In this document: piece after piece, positions 26,840 to 36,311 of the stretch
Position numbering within the stretch: position 1 is the first letter of the stretch
How the letters are laid out: each line of letters opens with the position of its first letter
Source of the DNA: Bryobacterales bacterium
GTDB taxonomy: Bacteria; Acidobacteriota; Terriglobia; Bryobacterales; UBA6623
Assembly (NCBI GenBank): GCA_028819255.1
Contig: JAPPMB010000147.1
Span: forward strand, 80,031-144,030
Direction: 5' to 3'
DNA length: 64,000 nucleotides
Position numbers and translations under genes: made by a program
Notes under the pieces: model-generated
What the model was told of the DNA's origin: nothing
The model's input: only the letters and a program-made list of their open reading frames with translations
Databases searched by the model: none

Positions 26840-28063
26840 TCAGGCGACGAGCTGCCTCCTGACGACCTCGTCGTTCAGCTCGACCCCCAAGCCGGGTCCC
26901 GAGGGAGGGGTGATGAATCCGTTCTCGAACCGGATCGGTTCCTTGAAGATCTCGCTGTGGAGCCTGTTCGTGTTGAACTCCTGGATCAGGAAGCTGGGAG
27001 AGCAGGTGTCGAGCTGCACTGCGGCGGCTGCTGCAACCGGACCACAGTACATGTGCGGAGCGGTCATCGCGTAGTGCGCCTCGGCCATGCCCGCGATCTT
27101 CTTGGCCTCGAGGATCCCTCCGCACTGGCCCACATCGAGCTGGATGACCTGTGCGGCCTGCTTTTCCAGCACCTCGGCGAACTCGAACTTCGTGACCAGG
27201 CGCTCACCGGTGGCGATCGGGATGCTGGTGTGCGCGGCCACCCGGGCCATCTCGTCCACGTTCTCCGGCGACACGGGCTCCTCGAACCAGAACGGATGAA
27301 ACTCCTCCAGAATGCTCGCCACGCGGATCGCCCCGGCGGTGCTGAACTGGCCGTGGGTGCCGATCCCGATCTCGAGGTCGTCGCCCACGGCGTCGCGGAT
27401 GGCGCGGAAAATCCTCGCCACATGCCGGATCGTCTTGAGCGAGTAGTCGCGGGGAGGGCCTGTGATCGGACGGAACGGATCGATCTTGCAGGCCGTGTTG
27501 CCCGCCTCGACCAGTTCGGCGGCCCGCTCGCCGGCCAGTTCGGGGTTCTCCCAGATGCCCTGAGTGTTCATGTAGGCGTACGCACGGAGCTTCTCGTGGT
27601 ACCGGCCGCCCAGCAGGTTGTAGATCGGCTGGCCGGTTGCCTTGCCGACGATGTCCCAGCAGGCCATTTCGATCGCCGAAAGGGCAGGAATGCCATAGAG
27701 GCTGGGGTGGCGGTAGTCGTGGGGCTCGGTGTAGATGCGCTGCCAGATGCGCTCGATGTCGAACGGGCTCTGACCGATGACGAAGCGCTCGCACAGGTCA
27801 TGGATGAGCTCGATCTGCGACTTCAGGTTGGGAATTCCGCCGGTCGGCCGCTCCCCGAGCCCGACGATGCCCTCGTCGGTGCTGAGCTCGAGAAACAGCC
27901 ACTTCCGATGACCGATGTACGGAGCGACATTGTCGAGCAGAATCGTTTTGACACCAGTGACCTTCATGTTTCCCGCCTCCGAAACTTGAGCTGCGGCACT
28001 CCATCCGGCACCAAGGCCGGCCGCCACAGCGCCCGAACCCTGCAGAAACGTTCGTCGATGCAT
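26840..28063 (-). CDS. enolase-superfamily enzyme (mandelate racemase / sugar-acid dehydratase-like) with twin-arginine signal
   Basis: The ATG at 28063 gives MHRRTFLQGSGAVAAGLGAGWSAAAQ (Tat motif RRTFL). The MR/MLE fold follows: KWLFLELSTDEGIVGLGE ... EEPVSPENVDEMARV...IATGE. Confidence 0.8.
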   Translation of the reverse strand: MHRRTFLQGSGAVAAGLGAGWSAAAQVSEAGNMKVTGVKTILLDNVAPYIGHRKWLFLELSTDEGIVGLGERPTGGIPNLKSQIELIHDLCERFVIGQSPFDIERIWQRIYTEPHDYRHPSLYGIPALSAIEMACWDIVGKATGQPIYNLLGGRYHEKLRAYAYMNTQGIWENPELAGERAAELVEAGNTACKIDPFRPITGPPRDYSLKTIRHVARIFRAIRDAVGDDLEIGIGTHGQFSTAGAIRVASILEEFHPFWFEEPVSPENVDEMARVAAHTSIPIATGERLVTKFEFAEVLEKQAAQVIQLDVGQCGGILEAKKIAGMAEAHYAMTAPHMYCGPVAAAAAVQLDTCSPSFLIQEFNTNRLHSEIFKEPIRFENGFITPPSGPGLGVELNDEVVRRQLVA

Positions 28064-28567
28064 GCCGAATCCACCCGTTCGGCGGCCGGCCCTCGGGCGG
28101 CCCCCACAGCCAGCCGCATTATAGTCCCGCACTTCGCTCATGGCCGAAGCGCGACCGGGATTCCGGCCGAACCACGGGCAATGGCGAGCTTGGCGGTGCC
28201 TCTGGCGCGGCCGCCGCTCCGGTTCTTCCACTCCCCAGCCGGATGGCCTCGGCGGCGCCGTCCGCGTGCGGGCTTCGTCTAAGTTGCGAACGAGGATTCG
28301 TCAGTGGCTGGCGTGTTCGATTGTCAAGGAAGACGCAGTACTCCGATTCAACGGGAGGAGCGCCTCAGAGTGGCTCGGAACTTTCGCCGCCACCAAGACG
28401 TCGATGCAGGGGCGGGTGAGGCGAGTCGCTCGCCCACCACGGGCACGAGCGTCGACGCAGACGGGCTGCCGGAGGAGTAAGTGTCCGACGAGAAAGCGCT
28501 CGCGGCACTTTGCTGGGCGCTGGGGGCATCTCGCGTACCAGGATTCAGCGGCTGAGAGGCCGATCTG

Positions 28568-28957
28568 ATGCGGGACGGAGCCGTCCCGTCCAAGAACGTT
28601 GTCGCACGGGTCAAGCATGCGATCCGGCGAGGGGCGGACCCGCTGGGCGATGTGTCCTGTGCCCTCCGATCTGCCCGGGAACGTCGAAGTTCGGGCGCAG
28701 TCCTCACTCCTCCGGCGATCGTCGATTCCATGCTTGCGTGGGCGGAAGCCCAAGGCAATCCATGTCGCGTTGTTGATCCGGGAGCGGGGTCCGCCCGGTT
28801 CCTGGCTGGTGCGGGGCGCAAGTTTACGGACGCCACGCTTGTCGCAGTCGAGAGCGAGCCGTTGGCGGCCCTGACCGCTTGCGGAAACCTCGCTGCCTCC
28901 GGAATGGCGGCTCGATCCGCAGTTCGCGTCGAGAACTTCCTGCTTCACGAGACTTGA
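28568..28957 (+). pseudogene. N-terminal stub of an N6-adenine DNA methyltransferase
   Basis: GAVLTPPAIVDSMLAWA is followed by the AdoMet motif I RVVDPGAGSARFL. The ORF stops after 129 aa, before any (D/N)PPY catalytic motif. The downstream sequence runs straight into the convergent ABC ATPase gene. Confidence 0.55.
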
Positions 28958-29043
28958 CCGGACCGGCGGATCTCCTGCTGTTCGGCTGCCCAATCGAATC
29001 GGCCGTCGGCGCATCGGCGCCAGCCTCGCGGGTTGCCGCGCAC

Positions 29044-29781
29044 CTACTCCACGATCTTTCCGTCGAAGAGCCGCACCACACGCTCGGCGCGCCCCTCGAA
29101 CCTCGGGTCGTGCGTGACCATGCAGATGGTCGCCCCGCCCTCATGGACACCCTGCAGGAGATCCATCACTGCTTCCCCGTTCTTGGAGTCGAGGTTGCCC
29201 GTCGGCTCGTCCGCAAGCAGGACTGACGGGTCTCCTCCCAGCGCCCGGGCGACCGCGACTCTTTGCTGCTGGCCGCCGGACAGCTGCGAAGGGAAGTGCT
29301 TCATTCTGTGCGCCATTCCCACCCGGTCGAGAGCCTCCTCGGTGCGCCTCTTCCGTTCGGCGGCCGGCATTCCCCGGTACGTCAGCGGCAGCTCGACGTT
29401 CTCGTAGACGGTGAGGTCCCCGATCAGGTTGAACGCCTGAAAGATGAATCCGATCTGGCGGTTGCGGATCCGCGCCCGCTGCCTCGCCTTGAGTTTCTCG
29501 ACGGACTCTCCGTGCAGCAGATAGACGCCCTCGGTCGGGGTGTCGAGCAGCCCCAGAATGGACAGCAGGGTGGACTTTCCGCAGCCCGAAGGCCCCGAAA
29601 TCGCAACGTATTCGCCGTCACGGATCTCCAGACTGACCTCGGAAAGCGCGTGCGTCTCGACTTCGTCGGTATAGAACACCTTCGACACGCCTTCAAGCCG
29701 GATGAGCGGCGCATCCCCATTGGTCGATGTAGTCATTGCAGCGTTCTCTGTCTCCGTTGGTGCCTTGGTCGGCCTGCTCAC
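29044..29781 (-). CDS. MacB/LolD-type ABC ATP-binding protein (NBD only)
   Basis: Walker A GPSGCGKST, Q-loop FIFQAFNL, signature LSGGQQQRVAVARAL and Walker [12 protein letters not shown] are present. The start overlaps the upstream adaptor stop. Confidence 0.9.
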   Translation of the reverse strand: MSRPTKAPTETENAAMTTSTNGDAPLIRLEGVSKVFYTDEVETHALSEVSLEIRDGEYVAISGPSGCGKSTLLSILGLLDTPTEGVYLLHGESVEKLKARQRARIRNRQIGFIFQAFNLIGDLTVYENVELPLTYRGMPAAERKRRTEEALDRVGMAHRMKHFPSQLSGGQQQRVAVARALGGDPSVLLADEPTGNLDSKNGEAVMDLLQGVHEGGATICMVTHDPRFEGRAERVVRLFDGKIVE

Positions 29782-31031
29782 TCCAGCCGGATCCTGTCGA
29801 ATTCGTCCCAGGCGGACATGTCCGAGAGGATCACTGTGTCCCCAGCGACCAGTCCCGACCGGATCTCGATCGTGCTGACGGAGACCTTGCCCACCTGCAC
29901 CTGGACGCGCGAGGCGTGAGTTCCGTCTTCCTCCAGCCGGAAGAGGCCCATTGTGCCTCCCTCCCGCGCGTGGATCGGGCGACCGGCATGCAGGACATCC
30001 TCCAGGCGCTCGAGCTCGATGGTCCCGTCCACGCTGAGGTCGGGGCGGGCGCCGCGCGGCATTGCGCCGAGCAGCCTGATGTCGACAAGCACGGTTCCCT
30101 CGACCGCGGCGGGGTCGATGCGCGAGACCTGGCCCCTGATCACGCCGTTCCGGGTGTCGACTTCCGCTCGCTGCCCCACCGCCACGTCGTTGACGAGCGT
30201 TTCGGGAATCTTGAGTTCGGCCTTGAGGCGCGTCGGGTCCGACACGCGGGCCAGCTCGTCCCCGGGAGCGACCAGCTGGCCGACCTCCACGCCCATGAGC
30301 TGGAGAACGCCGTCCAGACCTGCCCGTACCCTGAGCCGGTCGACCTTCTCCCTGCGCAGCGCGACCAGGGCCTCCATCTGCTCGATGCGCGCCGCCTGCG
30401 CCGCCAGCTGCGCATCCACGGAGGGCTTGCGGGCATCCTGCCGGGCGCGCTCCAGCCGGAGCCGCTTCTGCAGTTGCTCCATGGCGACGCGCGACTTCAT
30501 CAGCGTCACGCGATCCGTGAGGCCGGACCTGGACAGCTCGAGGTCCGCGTCGTGCTGCGCCTTGGCCTGCAGGTACTGGGCCTCAACGTCCGCGGTCAGG
30601 GACTCCTGGGTCAGGCGCTGGTCCTCCAGCTGCGCATGGAGATTCGCCAGGTCGGCTTGGGCCGCCCGCAGCTGGGCCTCCGCGTCGAGGTGCTCCTGCT
30701 CGACCTGCGGGCTGCTCAGGTCCAGCAGCACCGTGTCCGGCTTCACGGGCTGGCCGGGCTGGACGCGCCGTCTCTCGACCCGGCCCGAGTCGCTCGCCGC
30801 GATCACGACAACGGTCTCCGGCACCAGCGTGCCGATGCCCCGCACCTGTCTCAACATCTCGCCGCGTTTCACTGTGCCTGTGAATACGACGGCGGCATCC
30901 ACGCCGGGCGCCGCAGGCTCGACTCGGGAAAGAGCCCATCCGACCCCGACAAGGGCCGCCACCGCTGCGGAACCGGCGACGATGCGGCGAGCCCGCTTCC
31001 GCTTGGCATATCCGATGCGGGGCCTGTCCAT
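29778..31031 (-). CDS. HlyD-family membrane fusion protein
   Basis: MDRPRIGYAKRKRARRIVAGSAAVAALVGVGWAL forms the anchor. It is followed by a hairpin, a long coiled coil (LRAAQADLANLHAQLEDQRL...) and barrel domains. The ATG at 31031 lies within track ORF 29778..31103. Confidence 0.85.
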   Translation of the reverse strand: MDRPRIGYAKRKRARRIVAGSAAVAALVGVGWALSRVEPAAPGVDAAVVFTGTVKRGEMLRQVRGIGTLVPETVVVIAASDSGRVERRRVQPGQPVKPDTVLLDLSSPQVEQEHLDAEAQLRAAQADLANLHAQLEDQRLTQESLTADVEAQYLQAKAQHDADLELSRSGLTDRVTLMKSRVAMEQLQKRLRLERARQDARKPSVDAQLAAQAARIEQMEALVALRREKVDRLRVRAGLDGVLQLMGVEVGQLVAPGDELARVSDPTRLKAELKIPETLVNDVAVGQRAEVDTRNGVIRGQVSRIDPAAVEGTVLVDIRLLGAMPRGARPDLSVDGTIELERLEDVLHAGRPIHAREGGTMGLFRLEEDGTHASRVQVQVGKVSVSTIEIRSGLVAGDTVILSDMSAWDEFDRIRLE

Positions 31032-31406
31032 GGGCGGGCTGGGTCTGCGGTGCCGTTCAGGGCCAGTGAGTCCGACCAGGCGGGCGCTGTTGCCCCGGGG
31101 CACCCTTACACTAGCATCACCCCGTCGGCCTCAAGGACATGCCGCCGGCACGCCGAGCCCGGCACGGAACGGCCTGGCCTTGCGTCGGAACCTTCATCTC
31201 GGCCGGCGCTCTCCTTCAGGTCGGCGGAAGCACCGCCGAGGCGCACGCCGCCCCCGCGGGTTCCCTCGTTGTCGTGCGTCCGCCGCACCGCCGCACATCG
31301 AGTCCGAAGCTGGCCGCTGTCATGCCCGGACATTGGGGCTGTCCGGTCCCTGTGAGGCCGATCCTGAACCCGAGGTCCGCTTTGGTAGAATGTTCCCGAA
31401 AAGCCT

Positions 31407-31685
31407 ATGAGCGAAGACACTTCCGCCGCGCCGGACCCGAAGAACCTGGTGCTCCGGCTCTCGGACGGCACCATCGTCAAGCGCCGCCTGCGGCGTCAGC
31501 GGGCTTGCGACGAGCCGCTTAAGAAGAAGATCTGCCTAGGCCATCTGAAGAGGTGGTATCGCTTCGGCTCCGAAGTGGTCGAGCATTTCGGATCCAACCC
31601 CGAGATCTACCGCTGCGAGCGCTGCCAGATTCTGTTCGTGCCGAACAAGGACGAGGTCGCCCGCACCCGCACGCTCGCCTTCTAG
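31407..31685 (+). CDS. small Cys-containing (zinc-ribbon-like) hypothetical protein
   Basis: The 92-aa ORF has normal composition and four Cys (C-x8-C ... C-x2-C: ACDEPLKKKIC, CERC). Its stop lies 3 nt before the mutase GTG. Confidence 0.5.
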   Translation: MSEDTSAAPDPKNLVLRLSDGTIVKRRLRRQRACDEPLKKKICLGHLKRWYRFGSEVVEHFGSNPEIYRCERCQILFVPNKDEVARTRTLAF

Positions 31686-31688
31686 GAC

Positions 31689-33257
31689 GTGGACCGCCGC
31701 ACAGTCTCGAACCTGCTCGTCGAACGGCTCTACGCACCCTCCAACGGCGGTCAAGGGGAGCTGGGCTACCCCGGGGAACTACCGTACACACGGGGGATTC
31801 ACCCGCTCATGTATCGCCAGCGGCTCTGGACGATGCGCCAATTCGCCGGATACGGCACTCCGCAGGAGACGAACCGGCGATTCCGGTTTCTGCTTGAGCA
31901 AGGGCAGACCGGACTGTCGGTGGCGTTCGATCTGCCGACCCTGATGGGGTACGACAGCGACAGCCCGGCGGCGGAGGGCGAGGTCGGCAAGTGCGGGGTG
32001 GCGATCTCGTCCCTCGCGGACATGGAGGAGCTGTTCGATGGCATTCCGCTCGGCGAGGTCACGACCTCCATGACCATCACCTCGTCCGCGGCGATTCTCT
32101 GGGCGATGTACCTGGTCGTCGCCGAGAGGCAGGGGGCCGCGTGGGAATCCCTCTCGGGCACGGTCCAGAACGACATCCTCAAGGAGTTCATGGCCCAGAA
32201 GGAGTACATCTACCCTCCCAGGCCGTCCATGCGGCTGGTGGCCGACTCCATCGAGTTTGCGACACGGTCGACCCCACGCTTCAACCCGATCTCGATCAGC
32301 GGCTATCACATCCGGGAGGCCGGCGCCACGGCGGTGCAGGAACTCGCCTACACCCTCGGCGCCGCGGTCGCGTATGTCGAATGGACACTGCGGCGTGGGT
32401 TCGCAGTCGACGAGTTCGCGCCGCGGCTCAGCTTCTTCTTCGATTCCCACAATGATTTTCTTGAGGAGATCGCGAAGTTCCGGGCTGCCCGGCGGATCTG
32501 GTGCAAGATCATGCAGGAGCGGTTCGGTGCCGCCAATCCGCGATCTCTGAAGCTGCGATTTCACGCACAGACGGCGGGGGTCACCCTGACCGCCCAGCAA
32601 CCGCAGGTCAATCTTGTGCGGACGGCCCTGCAGGCTCTCGCCGCGGTGCTCGGCGGGGCGCAGTCCCTCCACACCAATGCACTGGACGAGGCCTATGCGC
32701 TGCCCACGTCGGAGGCGGCCCTGCTCGCTCTTCGCACGCAACAGGTCATCGCTTCCGAAACCGGCGTGACCGAAACCGTCGATCCGTTCGGCGGGAGCTA
32801 TTGCGTCGAACGCATGACGGACGAACTGGAGGCCGGCTGCTGGAAGGAACTCGACAGGATCGATGCGATGGGCGGCATGGTCAAGGCGGTGGAGCGCGGC
32901 CACCCGCAGGCCGAAATCGCCCGATCGAGCTACGAGCACCAGCGCCGGATCGAGAGCGGCGACTTGCGCATCGTCGGGGTCAACGCGCACAAGGAGAGCC
33001 AGGAAGAGCCCATCGAGACGCTCGCCGTCGACGAGGAGGCTGGTCGTCGGCAGCGAGCCAGGCTAGCGGACTTGCGGCGCAGAAGGGATTCGGGTGCCGT
33101 CGATGCGGCTCTCGCAGAGGTGCGCAGGGCGGCGGCCGGCACCGAGAACCTCATGCCGCCGATCCTGGCGGCTGTGAGGGCCTATGCCACCTTGGGTGAG
33201 ATCTGCGATGCACTGCGGGGAGAGTTCGGGGTGTACTCAGAAGCGACCGCGATCTGA
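31689..33257 (+). CDS. methylmalonyl-CoA mutase-family large (substrate-binding) subunit, no B12-binding domain
   Basis: [65 protein letters not shown] is the hallmark MCM TIM-barrel N-terminus. The ORF ends before the flavodoxin-like cobalamin domain. Confidence 0.9.
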   Translation: MDRRTVSNLLVERLYAPSNGGQGELGYPGELPYTRGIHPLMYRQRLWTMRQFAGYGTPQETNRRFRFLLEQGQTGLSVAFDLPTLMGYDSDSPAAEGEVGKCGVAISSLADMEELFDGIPLGEVTTSMTITSSAAILWAMYLVVAERQGAAWESLSGTVQNDILKEFMAQKEYIYPPRPSMRLVADSIEFATRSTPRFNPISISGYHIREAGATAVQELAYTLGAAVAYVEWTLRRGFAVDEFAPRLSFFFDSHNDFLEEIAKFRAARRIWCKIMQERFGAANPRSLKLRFHAQTAGVTLTAQQPQVNLVRTALQALAAVLGGAQSLHTNALDEAYALPTSEAALLALRTQQVIASETGVTETVDPFGGSYCVERMTDELEAGCWKELDRIDAMGGMVKAVERGHPQAEIARSSYEHQRRIESGDLRIVGVNAHKESQEEPIETLAVDEEAGRRQRARLADLRRRRDSGAVDAALAEVRRAAAGTENLMPPILAAVRAYATLGEICDALRGEFGVYSEATAI

Positions 33258-33307
33258 GTCCCGAGGGTGACCCTGGGCGCAAGGAGTGCCCGCCCCGGTC
33301 GCTCGGC

Positions 33308-34480
33308 TCAGCGGTCACCGTCCCGGGCGCAGCCGATCCGACGCATCCGGCCGTCCTGCGTCAGTTCGTACTCGCGGTCACGCCACGCGATTCGCCTGCC
33401 GAAGAGTCCGGCGAACCACATCGCCAGACTGAGCATGTCCTGGATCGGCACGAGCCACCATCGCCGGATTACGAGCCGGTCACCGAGGACGACTCTCCCG
33501 ACTGTCACTGCCGCTGCGAAGCGAAGTGCCGCGCAGGCGCCAAAGACCCACCACGACCATCCCGCCCATGATGCAGCCGGCAGCAGGACCAGGGTCCACG
33601 GCAGCGGGTTCGCGAGCAGCTCGCCCCAGTAGCCGGCCGGGCGCGACCTGCGGGTTGAACGGCGCCACCGGAGGCGGTGCGCGAAGTTCGCAGCGAAGGA
33701 CGCGCTGCCAATCCTGTGCGCGACGACATGGGAGGACAGGCGCACGCCGAAGCCGGCCTCGCGTGCGCGGCGGCCGATCTGGAAGTCCTCGGCCAGATAG
33801 GCTCCAAATGCCTCCCAGCCCCCGATCGATTCGAGGCACGACCGGCGGACCGCCATCGTGGGACCCACCGCGAAGTCCATCGGCGCGAGCATCTGGGAAG
33901 CCAGCACTCCGCTCCAGAACTCCGTGTTCATGCCGAGGCCCTCCAGGCGTGACCAAGGGCTCGGGCCAGGCTCAGCCCGGTAGGGGCACGTCACGACTCC
34001 CACGCCTTCGTCCTGGAACTCCGACGCCAGGTCCCGGAGGAGCGTCGGCTTGGCGAGGATGTCGCTGTCGCTGACGACAAGGATGTCGCCCGACGCGATC
34101 CGGGTCATTTGCGCGAGGGAGTGCACCTTTGCATTCGCGCACGGGGGCTCTCCAACGCTGATCGCGCGGGTGCGCTTCCCCGAGTGGCGGGCTCCCAGCG
34201 ACCGCGCGAGGGCCAGCGCGGGATCCGAGTCCTCCCGGGCTGCGAACAGCAGCTCGAAACTCGGATACTCAAGCTGGAAGAAGCTCTCGAGGTTGCCTGA
34301 CAGACCCGGCTCCGCACCGGCCAGCGGCTTGAGCACGCTGAAGCTGGGCAAGACACCACGGGGCTGCCGCCTGGACCGGCGCCTGCGAAAGCTCCATGCC
34401 GCGACGAGCACGAGGACGTAGTATGCGCAGCCCGCGACGACCACGCAGGCAGCGAGAACCGCGAGCGCGGGGGGTGGCAA
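33308..34480 (-). CDS. GT21-like membrane glycosyltransferase (ceramide glucosyltransferase / HpnI family)
   Basis: It has an N-terminal TM, then SVLKPLAGAEPGLSGNLESFFQLEYPSFELLF, the DSD motif (VVSDSDI), the (Q/R)xxRW motif (HRLRW) and C-terminal TM helices. Confidence 0.75.
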   Translation of the reverse strand: MPPPALAVLAACVVVAGCAYYVLVLVAAWSFRRRRSRRQPRGVLPSFSVLKPLAGAEPGLSGNLESFFQLEYPSFELLFAAREDSDPALALARSLGARHSGKRTRAISVGEPPCANAKVHSLAQMTRIASGDILVVSDSDILAKPTLLRDLASEFQDEGVGVVTCPYRAEPGPSPWSRLEGLGMNTEFWSGVLASQMLAPMDFAVGPTMAVRRSCLESIGGWEAFGAYLAEDFQIGRRAREAGFGVRLSSHVVAHRIGSASFAANFAHRLRWRRSTRRSRPAGYWGELLANPLPWTLVLLPAASWAGWSWWVFGACAALRFAAAVTVGRVVLGDRLVIRRWWLVPIQDMLSLAMWFAGLFGRRIAWRDREYELTQDGRMRRIGCARDGDR

Positions 34481-34487
34481 GGCGCTG

Positions 34488-35294
<807 letters not shown>

Positions 35295-35327
35295 GTCCTA
35301 AATCAGTTAGGCGCACCAGCGGGCGGG

Positions 35328-36284
35328 CTAGTTACCCATGGGCCGCCGCCCGCGAGTCCAGACCACGACTTCGCAGCGATGGCCCGGACGGATGCTCGCG
35401 TCGGGCGAAGCAAGGCCCAGGACACCCTCGCGTACTGTGAACGGTAGCGGGCCCGGAACTCCGCAGGCCGACCGGACCATCATGACGGCGCCGAGGTCCC
35501 CGGTGCTGGCCTCCAGCCTTGGGAGCGCTGTCCGGACCAGTGTCACGAGCGCGGCGCCCCTGGGGGTCGCCGCGCCCACGGCGACGTGGATCTCGCCAAC
35601 CGTCCCGTCCCACGGGCTCGTCACCACGAAGGTCCCGGGAAGCCGGTCCAGCCTCGCGCGCAGCCGCTCGGCACGCCGCAGCTCCGGCGACTCGCGCTTG
35701 GCGACCGGCTCATTCCGGTCCTGCTCCGCCTGCTCGGCGAGTGCCCTGGCTTCGGCGAGCCGCTGACCGAGCTCGGCGAATTCCTGTTCCTTCTTCCTGA
35801 ACTCGAGGCGCGCGACCAGCCCTCCTTCGTTGAGAGCCTTCCAGCGCTCGAAGTCCTCCCGCGCGGATTCATAGGATTCCTCCAGCTGGCGCAGCGCGGC
35901 CTGTCTCAGATCCCGCCGTTCCGACCTCACGACATCGGCTTTCGACTGGGCGGAGTCCTCCGCGCCACGGAGTCCGGCGATCTTCCGGTCCAGTTCGGCC
36001 TTCGCTTCACCAAGGCCGACGTCCACGAGTTCTACGAGAGGGTCGCCGGCGGCCACGGTGGCCCCCTGGGACGACCGGAGGGCGGTCACGTGGCCCCTGC
36101 GCCGCGTGGTCACCACACTCTCTCGCGTTCCCACGGCCAGAGCCGAGAGCACTGCCGGACGCAGCGGCGGCTGCGCGATGCGGGGCGGCGGGCTGAGGAT
36201 GACCCCCAGCGAGCCGGCCGCCGCCAGGAACGCCGCGGCCGTCGCCCACAGCGCGGGCAGCCTACGTGAGAGCGGTCCCGCCAT
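35328..36284 (-). CDS. short HlyD-like membrane fusion protein
   Basis: It has an N-terminal anchor (LPALWATAAAFLAAAGSLGVIL), a hairpin (GATVAAGDPLVELVD), a coiled coil and VVTSPWDGTVGEIHVAVG. Confidence 0.7.
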   Translation of the reverse strand: MAGPLSRRLPALWATAAAFLAAAGSLGVILSPPPRIAQPPLRPAVLSALAVGTRESVVTTRRRGHVTALRSSQGATVAAGDPLVELVDVGLGEAKAELDRKIAGLRGAEDSAQSKADVVRSERRDLRQAALRQLEESYESAREDFERWKALNEGGLVARLEFRKKEQEFAELGQRLAEARALAEQAEQDRNEPVAKRESPELRRAERLRARLDRLPGTFVVTSPWDGTVGEIHVAVGAATPRGAALVTLVRTALPRLEASTGDLGAVMMVRSACGVPGPLPFTVREGVLGLASPDASIRPGHRCEVVVWTRGRRPMGN

Positions 36285-36311
36285 CGCCTGTGCGGTCCAC
36301 CGGGCCGAGTC

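Noticed and set aside
29736-31410. Plus-strand ORFs of 539 aa and 485 aa antisense to the HlyD/ABC genes. The same applies to 40862..42241 (459 aa), 44988..46631 (547 aa), 46284..46931 and 53224..54204.
   Set aside because: All are shadow ORFs of high-GC genes or of the helicase pseudogene. They have low complexity and no motifs, and the opposite or alternative frame has strong family signatures.
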